This document shows, in pieces, positions 1-8,989 of a stretch of DNA of 64,000 nt. The notes beneath the pieces were generated by a model. The model saw nothing but the letters and a program-made list of their open reading frames with translations, was not told the DNA's origin and made no database searches. Source of the DNA: a virus (lineage: Duplodnaviria > Caudoviricetes); IMG/VR virus record IMGVR_UViG_3300021431_000086, positions 1 to 64,000 of that record; one strand, given 5' to 3'. Position numbers and translations under genes: made by a program. Position 1 is the first letter of the stretch; the number at the start of each line of letters is the position of its first letter.

Positions 1-62
1 GGAGGGTGTCGGGGTGTCGGGAGGGTGTCGGGGTGTCCTGATGATGGCGGGAGGGTGTCGGG
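1..62. repeat. G-rich 19-bp tandem repeat GGAGGGTGTCGGGGTGTCG (2 copies plus a partial copy at about 49-62)
   Basis: Seen directly at the window edge. Confidence 0.8.
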
Positions 63-401
63 CATATTAGCGACGGCAGCACACCCAGCGCACCCACCCG
101 ACCAGCCGAGCGAGGCGCGGGGTCTTCTTCGCGAATAGAAAGTGTTTTGAGAAAGGAAGGGTCGGTTGAAAACGTGTTTTATCGGGGTGGCCGACCATAA
201 AAAGCAAAGCCCGAAAACTGCGGGAAAACAGTTTGCGGGCTGAAAAGAATGATATGTTTTCTTTCTACGAAAACACTATGATGCTGGATATTTCACGCTG
301 AAAGAGTATTTTTTATTTCCCGTAGAAATAGCAGAAAGGCTTTTGCGACGCAAAAGAGAATTTCCTTCATTTCTTTTATTTCTGCGGGACAAAAAAAGTC
401 C

Positions 402-1301
402 TTACACTGCGGGGTACATCGGCGTTTCGGCTACCATCTCGTCGCCATCGTCCCAGGCGCGGCGCATCTGCCGCCACTTGGCGGCATCCATGTAGAGGGT
501 GACGTGGCCGGTGGTGGGGTCGGTGTAGGGCTGCAGGGTGGTATCGACACGGGCGAGCAGACGGGCATCGTCTTCGCAGACGGTGAAGCCGTCGTTCACG
601 CTGAAGGCTATCAGCCCGTCGGGGAAGAGGCGGTGAAAGCGGGTATAGCGGCCCCAGAGGTCCAGGCTGGTGTCGTCCCACTCAGCCCCTCCCCTGCCCT
701 CCCCTGTAGGGAGGGTGTCGCCTGTGCGCGTACCTTTCTTATTGGTTTTGATGGGTTTATCGTCTTGTGCATCGGGGTTTGTTGCATCGGTGTCGTCAGG
801 AATCACCTCGTAGGAACTGAGCACACCGGCCACGGAGAGGAGTTCCATGTTGATGCGGTTCACGTCGTCCTGAGTGATATGTCCGTATGCCTTGGATGCT
901 GGCTGGCAAAGGATGGACTCTTTCTTCCCGACCTTCCAGTTCAACACTCGCTCACAAAAGGTGTTGAGTTTAAAGTATTTGGAAATGCCGCGCCTGATAG
1001 GTTCAATGAGTGCAGGGTCATAGTCCACACCGCGAGTGCTGCTATAAGTCTGTTCGCTGCCAAAGGTGAGGACAGCCTGTCGCAAGTCATCGGCTATCTG
1101 CGGAAGAACTGCGTTCAGTTTCTCCAGATTGGCGGCAGAGAATTTGAGCGGTGTGCCCAGGCGGTTCGGTTTGTGGCGGAAACACCCATTGACGATGCCG
1201 ACGCTCACGCCCATCCTTCCTGCAAGCAGGGAGATAGTGAAGTCACGTTCCTTGAGATACTGATAGAGGACATCGGATGATACTTGTACTTTCTGTTCCA
1301 T
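402..1301 (-). CDS. HTH DNA-binding regulator with a C-terminal MutS domain I-like module
   Basis: N-terminal HTH-like segment (FTISLLAGRMGVSVGIVNGCFR). C-terminal YTRFHRLFPDGLIAFSVNDGFTVCEDDARLLARV resembles the MutS N-terminal pattern. Start moved to 1301, downstream of the -7 box at 1330-1337. Confidence 0.6.
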   Translation of the reverse strand: MEQKVQVSSDVLYQYLKERDFTISLLAGRMGVSVGIVNGCFRHKPNRLGTPLKFSAANLEKLNAVLPQIADDLRQAVLTFGSEQTYSSTRGVDYDPALIEPIRRGISKYFKLNTFCERVLNWKVGKKESILCQPASKAYGHITQDDVNRINMELLSVAGVLSSYEVIPDDTDATNPDAQDDKPIKTNKKGTRTGDTLPTGEGRGGAEWDDTSLDLWGRYTRFHRLFPDGLIAFSVNDGFTVCEDDARLLARVDTTLQPYTDPTTGHVTLYMDAAKWRQMRRAWDDGDEMVAETPMYPAV

Positions 1302-1329
1302 GTTGTAGCTTTGGTTTAGAATTTCGGCA

Positions 1330-1337
1330 CAAAGGTA
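1330..1337 (-). promoter_or_regulatory. Bacteroidetes housekeeping-sigma -7 box (TACCTTTG) for the regulator gene
   Basis: Matches TAnnTTTG, about 30 nt upstream of the ATG. Confidence 0.7.
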
Positions 1338-1481
1338 TGGTTTTTTTTCAAACTCTCCAAACAAATCCCGAATTATTTTCATTGGCTGTGGAAAAATCCG
1401 TGAAATCTGTGTAATCTGTGGTCATATTTCAATCCACAATGCACAATTCATAATTCATAATGGTTAGGGGTTGCAAGGAAA

Positions 1482-1513
1482 CAGCCCATCGGCGCGGTGT
1501 GGCCGGTGGGCTG
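1482..1513 (-). terminator. GC-rich hairpin downstream of the HU-like gene
   Basis: CAGCCCATCGG/CCGGTGGGCTG inverted repeat with a weak U tract. Confidence 0.45.
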
Positions 1514-1794
1514 CGGGTGCGTGGCTTTGTCCCCCGGAAATTATTTCTGTGGTTTCCGTGGTTTCTGTGTGAGAGGATGCTCAGGGTGCGAGGGGGTCGG
1601 TGTCGGTGCCGGAGCCTATCTTAGTTAAATGTCGTTAAAGATGTGTGACAAAATGGGATGTTTTGCCCTACGGGTTGTTTTGTCACTGCTTTCAGGGTGT
1701 TTTGTTACTGCATTTGGCAGGATGGAGGCTCTTTTCTCACACAATTACGGCACGCAACTTTCAACTTTCCGCTCGGCTATGCCGCTTGGTTCGT

Positions 1795-2319
1795 CTAAGA
1801 ACTTTCAACTTCCTTGGGCAGGCGGACGAGGTGGATGCCTTTCTGGTTAGGCTGGTAGCGGAGCCCTTTCTTCTTGCGCAGGGGTGGGTCGTGGGGGTCG
1901 TGGACGAAGGAGCGGCGGGTGGGGTCGAAGCGGTGGGCCTCGATTTCGCGGCGCAGGTTGCGGGTGGGGGCGAACTTCAGGCGCTGTGTGGGCGGCAGGG
2001 TGCGCAGCTCGGGGGTGTCGCGCTTGTAGGTGTAGAGGCGCTGACGCTCGGGGATGTCGATGAGGGCGAAGGTGCCGAAGGACTCGACGGGTACGCAGCC
2101 GCTACCCTCGGTGAGCTGGTAGCGGATTTCGTCGAATACGGCAGGCAGGACCTGCTCGACGGTGGCGCGGCAGATGCCGGAGCGCTTCACCACTTGGGCG
2201 ATGAAGTGCTGCTTGTAGTCAGATGGACGGGAGTTGTTCATAAAATTAAAGACCCCTCCCCAGCCCTCCGTGATAGAAGGGAGTGGCTGCGCGGTGAAGG
2301 GATTTGTTTTTGTTGTCAT
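1795..2319 (-). CDS. HU/IHF-family DNA-binding protein (start may be 2241)
   Basis: FIAQVVKRSGICRATVEQVL...VPVESFGTF...RLKFAPTRNLRREI fits the HU-fold pattern. Confidence 0.8.
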   Translation of the reverse strand: MTTKTNPFTAQPLPSITEGWGGVFNFMNNSRPSDYKQHFIAQVVKRSGICRATVEQVLPAVFDEIRYQLTEGSGCVPVESFGTFALIDIPERQRLYTYKRDTPELRTLPPTQRLKFAPTRNLRREIEAHRFDPTRRSFVHDPHDPPLRKKKGLRYQPNQKGIHLVRLPKEVESS

Positions 2320-2378
2320 TGAATTATAGTTTCATTGGGGATAGGAAAGCCTCCCATTACGGGGAGGTTGGGATGGGG

Positions 2379-2678
2379 CTATACTCTTAGGATGAAGTCG
2401 TCGGCGCGGAGGATGCAGCTGTCGCGGAGGCGGCGTGTCTGTCCGCTGGCGGTGAACTGCACGAGACGTGAGGGGTAGGCACCGGGGCCATCGGTATATA
2501 CGGCGAGGGTGACGCACTCTTCGCCCAGGATGCAGTCGCCGTTGGAGGCGGCTACATACCAGACGCGGAAGGGGATGCGCTCGGCGACCTGCTCGTATTT
2601 ACCATTTGGTAATTTACGATTTACCATTTGGCTGCGCTCGGCGACGCGGCGCAGTTCGGATAAAGCTAATGTTTTCAT
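2379..2678 (-). CDS. Conserved Bacteroidales phage protein
   Basis: C-terminal SGQTRRLRDSCILRADD resembles a small protein usually encoded next to the portal in Bacteroides phages (from recollection). Confidence 0.55.
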   Translation of the reverse strand: MKTLALSELRRVAERSQMVNRKLPNGKYEQVAERIPFRVWYVAASNGDCILGEECVTLAVYTDGPGAYPSRLVQFTASGQTRRLRDSCILRADDFILRV

Positions 2679-2731
2679 TTTTATGGCACGCAGGAATAAA
2701 GGAAATCACGGAAATTTAGATTTTTCACTTT

Positions 2732-3271
2732 TCACTTAAAAAGTCTGAGCCACCAGGCGCGTTTCTTCAGCAGCCAGACGGCGGCGGCGAGGGCGAGGGC
2801 GATGAGCATGATGTTGGCGAGATGGAGGCGGGCTTGCTGCCAGCGGGTGAGTTTCTTTTCCACGAACTTCTCCACGGGATAGGGACGTGGGATGGTGTCG
2901 TGGGTGGCGATGTAGATGGAGTCGTGATGCCAGCGGTCGCGGTACTGGGTGTGCCAGCGGTTGACTTCGAGAAACACGGTGTCGCCGCGCTGATGCTCGT
3001 GGACGTAGATGCTGTCATGGAGCATGATGCTGTCGCGCTGGAGACGTGTGATAGTGAGGGTGTCGGTGCGGACGGTCTCGACCAGTACGGTCTTGGTCTT
3101 ACAGCCGGTGAGGCAGGCGCAAAGCAAGATGAACAGGATGGCGGCTACGACATAAGTGAGACAGCCGTAGAGGCATGACCGGGTGCAGACATCCCGACGT
3201 TCCTCGGGGGTGAGGTCGTCCATATCGGGAAGGTAGGGCACGACGTCGTAAAGTGGGTCGTAATGGTTCAT
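2732..3271 (-). CDS. Putative spanin-like lipoprotein (lysis)
   Basis: Hydrophobic segment plus lipobox LTGC, repeated (R/H)D(T/S) motifs and a C-terminal TM helix. Start MNHYD follows a late-promoter motif. Confidence 0.6.
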   Translation of the reverse strand: MNHYDPLYDVVPYLPDMDDLTPEERRDVCTRSCLYGCLTYVVAAILFILLCACLTGCKTKTVLVETVRTDTLTITRLQRDSIMLHDSIYVHEHQRGDTVFLEVNRWHTQYRDRWHHDSIYIATHDTIPRPYPVEKFVEKKLTRWQQARLHLANIMLIALALAAAVWLLKKRAWWLRLFK

Positions 3272-3286
3272 ACGCTGTGGTTTTAC

Positions 3287-3327
3287 TGCGAAAATAAGGC
3301 AGAAGGGGTGTTGGAAGCAAGGGCAAG
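3287..3327 (-). promoter_or_regulatory. Phage late-promoter motif (TTGCCCTTG-N21-TATTTTCGCA)
   Basis: One of 7 copies, upstream of the spanin-like gene. Confidence 0.6.
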
Positions 3328-3397
3328 AGACGATTAGAGGAACGAGAGAGGGCGGAAGCCGAGTGTGGTTGCAGCCCTCTGCTTGCATCGGGTAGTA

Positions 3398-3553
3398 ACA
3401 AAAAGGCCACCGCCCGATGAAAGCTACAACAGGGGGCGGTGGCGAGGCACTATGAAAGCAGCCTATGTAAAGCGGCGCAGACGCAGGGGGGGAGATGGTG
3501 GTGGGGCATCCTGCGTTTTAGGGTGGATGGGAAACTGCACCGCTATGCTTTCG
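3398..3553 (-). ncRNA. Candidate antisense sRNA of about 155 nt
   Basis: TATCTTTG -7 box at 3559-3566, nested stems, intrinsic terminator GCCACCGCCC/GGGCGGTGGC plus U tract, and no convincing ORF. Confidence 0.6.
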
Positions 3554-3649
3554 CACTGCAAAGATACGGAGATTTAACGACACGGACAATGGGTGTGCTC
3601 ACTTTAATTGGCGCGACGATTTCGTGAAGTGGCGCAAAAGTCTGGTAAC

Positions 3650-4100
3650 GTGTTGAATATTAGGAGGTTTCGGTGACGAAAAATTTTTTCTCTTGAATCG
3701 GCGGCCGAAAAAAGTTACCGCATAAGTATTTGATTTTCAGCGGTTTTCGGAGAAAAGTGCGGTAAATTTGAAGTAACTAAGATATTTTTGCAATAATTTT
3801 TTATTGAAAAGTAATCAACAATAAATATATTATATACTATAACTATTTAATTATCAACTTCTTTTCTTATTTTAATTTCCTATTTATATATATATTGGGG
3901 TTTGGGGAATTTGTCGTATGTATGTAACAGTTTAAATGAATTTATTTAAGAGAGAAAAGTTTGGGCGATTTTGGGCCTTTATGGACAAGGAGCGCACAAA
4001 TTAGGCATTTTGGCACTGATTATCAACTGGTTAAAAATCAGCCATAGACTTCAAAGGTATGTAAAACAATGGACTATTTGGGGTTTTATGGACGAGAGAA
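3650..4100. other. AT-rich non-coding region with inverted repeats (TTACCGCA/TGCGGTAA); possible second origin or control region
   Basis: Markedly AT-rich by eye, with no ORF. Confidence 0.4.
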
Positions 4101-4175
4101 AAATTGGCACGGGTTGGCATGGATTTCAAAATAAATTGCGTATATTTGTACCGTGCAACTAAATTGTGTTTGTGT

Positions 4176-4793
4176 ATGTCAGTAAGGAGTTACAAGTTAC
4201 CTGCGGTGGTGTGGCTGCGGATGACGAACTACATGCACGGGTGGATGCAATGGGAACTGGGAGGTGAGTCTTGGATCAGGGAACAGCGCGTGGTGAGCGT
4301 GCAGCATTTGGAGGGCGCAAGAGAGGTGCTTAGGATGGAAACGACGGATGACACGCTGGAGCCTGGTGTGGTGGGGAATGCCATGTCGGACAAGCGGAAG
4401 AACTGCATAGAGGCTGGACTGGCGCTGGACGCTGTGGTCACGGAACGTATGTATGGAGTGAACAAGGAAGGACTGAAGGCATTCGTGCCCATCGAGTGCC
4501 CGAAGATGTGCCTGACACGGAACGGGGTTCTCAGACCGTGGACGCTGAACGTAAGTCTGGGTAGGCGGCAGGCGGTGGCGTTGCTGGTACTGCTTAAGCG
4601 CGAGTTCTGGGCTGCGGTGGAGGAGTTTAACCAGGAGTATGCCCGCATGCACGGGGGCAAGAAATACCCAGCCATAAGCATGATAGAGGCGTTCTGCGAA
4701 AAGACTGGGACCGATGATGTGTACGCGGAAGCCATGCGGAGGGAATGGCAGAGGCGCGTGAAACGCGTTACGTGCGCATACTCTCACCCTTGA
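4176..4793 (+). CDS. Conserved phage protein; candidate late-transcription activator
   Basis: Follows a TATATTTG -7 box at 4141-4148 and has a basic helical C-terminus (AMRREWQRRVKR). The function is an inference. Confidence 0.45.
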   Translation: MSVRSYKLPAVVWLRMTNYMHGWMQWELGGESWIREQRVVSVQHLEGAREVLRMETTDDTLEPGVVGNAMSDKRKNCIEAGLALDAVVTERMYGVNKEGLKAFVPIECPKMCLTRNGVLRPWTLNVSLGRRQAVALLVLLKREFWAAVEEFNQEYARMHGGKKYPAISMIEAFCEKTGTDDVYAEAMRREWQRRVKRVTCAYSHP

Positions 4794-5460
4794 AAACAAC
4801 TACCTTGGTGGTGGCGCGAAGACGGTCGAGGGTACGAAGGCCGTATCGTTCCTCGATGGAGGGGATGCGGTGCGGCGCAGGGTCGCCATGATGACCGTGG
4901 GGACCGTCCTTGGAGAGGCGTTGCATATTGGTGCGGAGGTTGGTGGTGATGATGAGCAGTGTGCCTGTGTGCTCGGCGCGGTCAACGAGTTCGCAGAACG
5001 GGTGGCGTCGGTTATACTTGACAAAGGCCTCTGGGGCCTCGGTGCCCAGATCGTCGATAATGATGATGTGGCCGGGCTGACAGTATTCGAGAAGCGTGTC
5101 TATCTGGGCGTTCATCTCCACAGCAGTGAGCAAACGGCACCCCACGCCGAAGTACTGGGAGAAGAGGATGGGCAAAATACGGGTGCAAATGAGGGTCTTC
5201 CCCACCCCGCATGGTCCGACACAGATGAGACCACGACTCTGATTGTCATGTAGCCACCGGGCCACATCAACATAGCAGGGCAGCCACTTGGCAGTGTCGG
5301 TACCCAAGATGGTGCGCAGTCCGGCCCACAGGATTTTAGTGGGGTCTGACTTGGGGAACTGTATGTGGAAGCGTGTGGGGGCTGTGGCTTCTTGCTCCCC
5401 ACCGGCACGCTGCACGGCGGCAGAGAACCATTGTTCGTATGCGTTCGGTTGCTGTTCCAT
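4768..5460 (-). CDS. DnaC/IstB-like AAA+ ATPase (helicase loader)
   Basis: Walker A GPCGVGKT, Walker B IIIDDLGTE, IITTNL and RYGLRTLDRL. Confidence 0.85.
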   Translation of the reverse strand: MEQQPNAYEQWFSAAVQRAGGEQEATAPTRFHIQFPKSDPTKILWAGLRTILGTDTAKWLPCYVDVARWLHDNQSRGLICVGPCGVGKTLICTRILPILFSQYFGVGCRLLTAVEMNAQIDTLLEYCQPGHIIIIDDLGTEAPEAFVKYNRRHPFCELVDRAEHTGTLLIITTNLRTNMQRLSKDGPHGHHGDPAPHRIPSIEERYGLRTLDRLRATTKVVVFKGESMRT

Positions 5461-5468
5461 AGTTGTAG

Positions 5469-6920
5469 CTAAAAGGTTTCCATATCTGAATAATTATCGG
5501 GGGCAGATACCGGAGTGTCCTTGACTTCCTCGGAAGGGGCGGAGCCGCGCTGCAGGGGCAGTTCCTTCTCGAAGAAATTGTTAAGGCATCGGACGGCCCA
5601 ATGTTGTACGTTGTCCTTGGGGGCGGCAGTGTTGTCATCGACAATCTGCTGGAGTTTCTGCAGCAGTATGTCGTGGTCGCCTGGTTGGAGGCGGCGGATG
5701 AAATCGCCCGACTGTCGGGCGGTGAGGGCAAGACGTTCCTGCATGAGACGTTTGATTTCTATTTCCTTGGCGGCCGTTTCCTTGTCCTTGTAGAGTTCGC
5801 GCCCGAGGTCGAAGATAGTGAGGGTAAATTCCACTTGCATGGGTACTTTACCTTTCTGTCGTCCGTCGGCAAAGATGGCGCGGTAGTCGAAGGTGAAGTC
5901 GGCAATCTCACGGGCAGAGAGGTCGTCGAGCTCTTTCTTTGCCTGTGCGAGATAGCGCTTGGCAAACTCGGAGTAGTATGCGTACTTCTCGCGGGCGCGG
6001 TCGGCGGCGCGGTCGATGTATTGCTTCTGATCGCTCTTGGGGAGTTTGTCCCATGCCTTACCGTCAGCCTTGGCGGCCTTGGCTGCCAGAGTTTCCACTT
6101 CTTCACCGTTGATAACTTTGCCATCTTTGGAATGGAAGAGGCCGCAGACGTCGCGTACTTCCATGTAGTCGGCGCGGAAGGTGATGCGCCCAATGGTGCG
6201 TGTGGTGCCGTCGGGCAACTGCCCGGTGAGTTCCTGCATCTCGTCTTTCTTGATGCCGCGCCACTTGGAGAGCCACTTGTAGAGGCGGTTGGCGGTGGCG
6301 GTCTTGGTATGACGGGTGGCAGGGAAGTAGAACTGGGTGTAGCCCTGGTCGGTGAGGAAGAAGTTGTGCTGCAGGATTTCGCGGCGGATGCGTATCTTCA
6401 CCTCGTTGCGCTTCAGGCTGTTGCCCCGGACGGTGCGCTTCTCCCCTGTCTTGGGGTCAGTGATTTCCTGCTGCTCGTATTCCTCGATGACGTCCATCAG
6501 ACTGGTAGTGAGCACGCCGTCGTCAGTATGCACCTCGGCTACGATCTTGACGAGGTTCTTCAGCATCTCGCGCACTTCGCCGTAGTGCTTGGGCGTGATG
6601 CCGGGGAGGTCGCGGAAGCGGATGGTGGCCACAAAGTCACCCTCCTGCTGCACCTTGTTGGCACGGTCGGCAGTGACGAGGTAGGCATCCTCGGTGTTGA
6701 AGGGAAGCATGAGCTGCGTGGCCTGCTGCTGATGGTTCTCGCGCCGCTTGGCGGCGGCATAAAAGGGTTGGAGCGACCATACGAGTTCGTCCATTGCCCG
6801 TTCTGAGTAGAGCGTTGGTGTCATGCGCAGGTCGGTAATCTGGTTGGGCTGCGTGGAAAGGGTTTTCCCGTCTTTGTCGAAAACGATGTCGGCAGCCTGT
6901 TTCTTTGGCTTTCGTACCAT
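5469..6920 (-). CDS. Plasmid-type replication initiator (Rep_3/RepB-like)
   Basis: QPNQIT N-terminus, GYTQFY, RLYKWLSKWR and YSEFAKRYLAQAKKELD motifs. Lies next to the iteron array. Confidence 0.8.
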   Translation of the reverse strand: MVRKPKKQAADIVFDKDGKTLSTQPNQITDLRMTPTLYSERAMDELVWSLQPFYAAAKRRENHQQQATQLMLPFNTEDAYLVTADRANKVQQEGDFVATIRFRDLPGITPKHYGEVREMLKNLVKIVAEVHTDDGVLTTSLMDVIEEYEQQEITDPKTGEKRTVRGNSLKRNEVKIRIRREILQHNFFLTDQGYTQFYFPATRHTKTATANRLYKWLSKWRGIKKDEMQELTGQLPDGTTRTIGRITFRADYMEVRDVCGLFHSKDGKVINGEEVETLAAKAAKADGKAWDKLPKSDQKQYIDRAADRAREKYAYYSEFAKRYLAQAKKELDDLSAREIADFTFDYRAIFADGRQKGKVPMQVEFTLTIFDLGRELYKDKETAAKEIEIKRLMQERLALTARQSGDFIRRLQPGDHDILLQKLQQIVDDNTAAPKDNVQHWAVRCLNNFFEKELPLQRGSAPSEEVKDTPVSAPDNYSDMETF

Positions 6921-7029
6921 AGTGAAAATATTGTTGTAGCTATCGAGTGCAAAGTAAACGATTTATTCTGAAATGTGCAAACTTTTTTAAAAAAATCTTT
7001 CTTTGAATATCAATAATTTATAAAATCGA

Positions 7030-7345
7030 GTGTCCCGATTTGTCGAAATTAGTGTTCCGATTTGTCGAACAGAGAGGGGCGATTTGCCGAAAAACAGAAG
7101 GCTGCGGAGTGTCCCGATTTGTCGAAACCGACTATCCCGAATTTGTCGAAAGCGCTGTAATATAAGCACATCCCCGATTTGTCGAAAATCGCCACGTGTT
7201 TGACGAAAGCATCCCGAATCTGTCGAAATCGGCTTTGTTGTATTCCCATGTCTGTCGAAACAAACGCCCCGATTTGTCGAAACCTACCCCACGTTTGTCG
7301 AAGAAATCCCCGTATTTGTCGAGGATTCCCCCGTATTTGTCGAAA
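7030..7345 (+). repeat. Iteron array: about 13 direct copies of CCCGATTTGTCGAAA
   Basis: Copies near 7030, 7052, 7076, 7109, 7134, 7171, 7196, 7211, 7243, 7266, 7288, 7308 and 7329, mostly 21-22 bp apart. Confidence 0.9.
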
Positions 7346-7766
7346 AATATTTTTGTATTTTATTGTATTTCAAATGGTTGTGCTTTGCTTTAGGTGCCTA
7401 TATACTCTTTCTTATAGACTCTTCTCTTGTATGCTTCTCTTTCGTATTCATTTCTTTATATACTTAAATAAGAATCAGAAAGATTTTTTTTGAGTTTTTA
7501 ATTTTAAGAAGGAAACCTGTTTTATTGTTACGACCCGACCTATCCCCCTACCCCCTTCCCTACCCTGCTGATGAAAGGTTATGGGTTAGAGGTTATAGTT
7601 CAGGGGGGTATGAGGCGTGATAACTTTTTCGACAAATCGGGGCATTCCTCGCGACGCGTGCGCGGAGGTTACGTGCGCGTATGTATCGCATCTGCGATGG
7701 GGTGGTAACATTTTCGACAAAACGGGACGGTCGTAACTTTTCGGGTAGTTTTCGACAAATGGGGGA
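7346..7766. promoter_or_regulatory. Origin core: AT-rich unwinding region followed by three inverted iterons (about 7628, 7712, 7750)
   Basis: AT-rich from 7346 to 7530. TTCGACAAAnnGGG copies point back toward the main array. Confidence 0.75.
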
Positions 7767-7811
7767 TTTTATTACGACGGGAAGTCTATACCCTACTCTA
7801 CTCTGGTAGGC

Positions 7812-7851
7812 AAAAGAAAACCGCCAGTCGGCGCGGTGGCTGGCTGGCGGT
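7812..7851 (-). terminator. Intrinsic terminator of the par operon
   Basis: ACCGCCAGTCGGC/GCTGGCTGGCGGT stem, followed by TTTTCTTTT on the minus strand. Confidence 0.7.
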
Positions 7852-7877
7852 GGTTTGATTTGTCGGCAATTCGCTGT

Positions 7878-8516
7878 TTAGTCCTTCAGGTACTTGTTGC
7901 AGATTTCCTTAAATTCCAATTGGCTGATGATGCGGATGTCGCGGCCTTCGGCGCGGAGAGATTCCACCTCGGAGAGTTTGGAGGGTCCGACCTTGTTGCC
8001 CATGACGAACACCTGCATGGTGCGCGAGACGCTGCGGTTGAGTTTGGCACCGAGGCGCTGGATGGCTTCGGCCACTTGGTCACGCTCCATGTTAATCTGC
8101 TCATAGGTGCCGGACATAACGGCGATCTTTCCGTAGAGGGGATTGGACGGGTCGGCACCGTCCTTCACCTGTTCGAGATAGCGGCGGTCGATTTGGCCGT
8201 GACGCTCAACCTTCGGAGCTGGGAAGGCGGCGGCTCCGTCTGGCGGACCGACAGGCGCTCTGCGAGGGGTGTTCCCTACCCTGCTGCGCAGAGCTTCGAG
8301 TTCGGCCTGGGCTTCGCTGTGGCGTATCCATCCGTCGAACACATCGTTGTCGGGGAACATGTTGTCCTGGGCGAGGTATTCGCCGAGGGTGGTGCGGGCT
8401 TCGTTAATGCGCTGTAGGGCGGCATCGTAACATTCGTTGGCGATGAGCCGCGTGGCAGAATAGAGGCTTTCCAGAGCCTCGCTAACCTTGGTGTAGTCGT
8501 GTCTGAATTGTTGCAT
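7878..8516 (-). CDS. BRCT-domain protein
   Basis: NPLYGKIAVMSG...RDQVAEAIQRLGAKLNRSVSRTMQVFVMGNKVGPSKL...IISQLEF. Confidence 0.85.
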   Translation of the reverse strand: MQQFRHDYTKVSEALESLYSATRLIANECYDAALQRINEARTTLGEYLAQDNMFPDNDVFDGWIRHSEAQAELEALRSRVGNTPRRAPVGPPDGAAAFPAPKVERHGQIDRRYLEQVKDGADPSNPLYGKIAVMSGTYEQINMERDQVAEAIQRLGAKLNRSVSRTMQVFVMGNKVGPSKLSEVESLRAEGRDIRIISQLEFKEICNKYLKD

Positions 8517-8536
8517 GATTGTCTAATTCTAATTGA

Positions 8537-8980
8537 CTATTTCTTTTCGTAGGTTGTGGTGAGCAGGGCGGCCATGTCGCGGAAGTGCTGGGCGTCGGCG
8601 TCGGAGATTTGCCCGGCACGGTGCAGGCCTTCGACGATGAAGAGGTAGAGGGCGCGGTGCTTGGGGGTGTCGGTGACGGTGCAGTAGCGTTGCAGGGCGA
8701 TGAACACTTCCTTGGGCATGATGGTGGTGGCTTTCTTGGTAGGCAGCAGGCCCTCCCCTGCCCTCCCTTGCGGGGAGGTGGTAGATACCGCTGCTGAAGG
8801 CGATGAAGATTCCTCTGCCCCACCGTCTTGCGAAGGCATGGGCGATGGCGTTTCGGTTGTTGGAGACTGAGGTGGATTTTCGTTATTGATGCCTGCCACG
8901 GGGATGCTTTCGGCACTGGCAAGTTCGGCATCGAGGCGGTCGTTGAGGGAACGGCGGCGGGGTTGTTCTTTCTTCTTCAT
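8537..8980 (-). CDS. Putative centromere-binding protein (RHH, type Ib partition)
   Basis: Small gene after parA, with a disordered N-terminus and C-terminal KKATTIMPKEVFIALQRYC...RALYLFIVEGL. Confidence 0.6.
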   Translation of the reverse strand: MKKKEQPRRRSLNDRLDAELASAESIPVAGINNENPPQSPTTETPSPMPSQDGGAEESSSPSAAVSTTSPQGRAGEGLLPTKKATTIMPKEVFIALQRYCTVTDTPKHRALYLFIVEGLHRAGQISDADAQHFRDMAALLTTTYEKK

Positions 8981-8989
8981 GTTCTTTTA

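Noticed and set aside
4104-4120. Sigma-54 promoter (TTGGCACGGGTTGGCA)
   Set aside because: The -12 element is imperfect, and a canonical TATATTTG -7 box just downstream explains the promoter.
7030-7345. CRISPR array
   Set aside because: The repeats are about 15 bp, degenerate and mostly 21-22 bp apart, with no unique ~30-bp spacers. They lie next to rep, so they are iterons.
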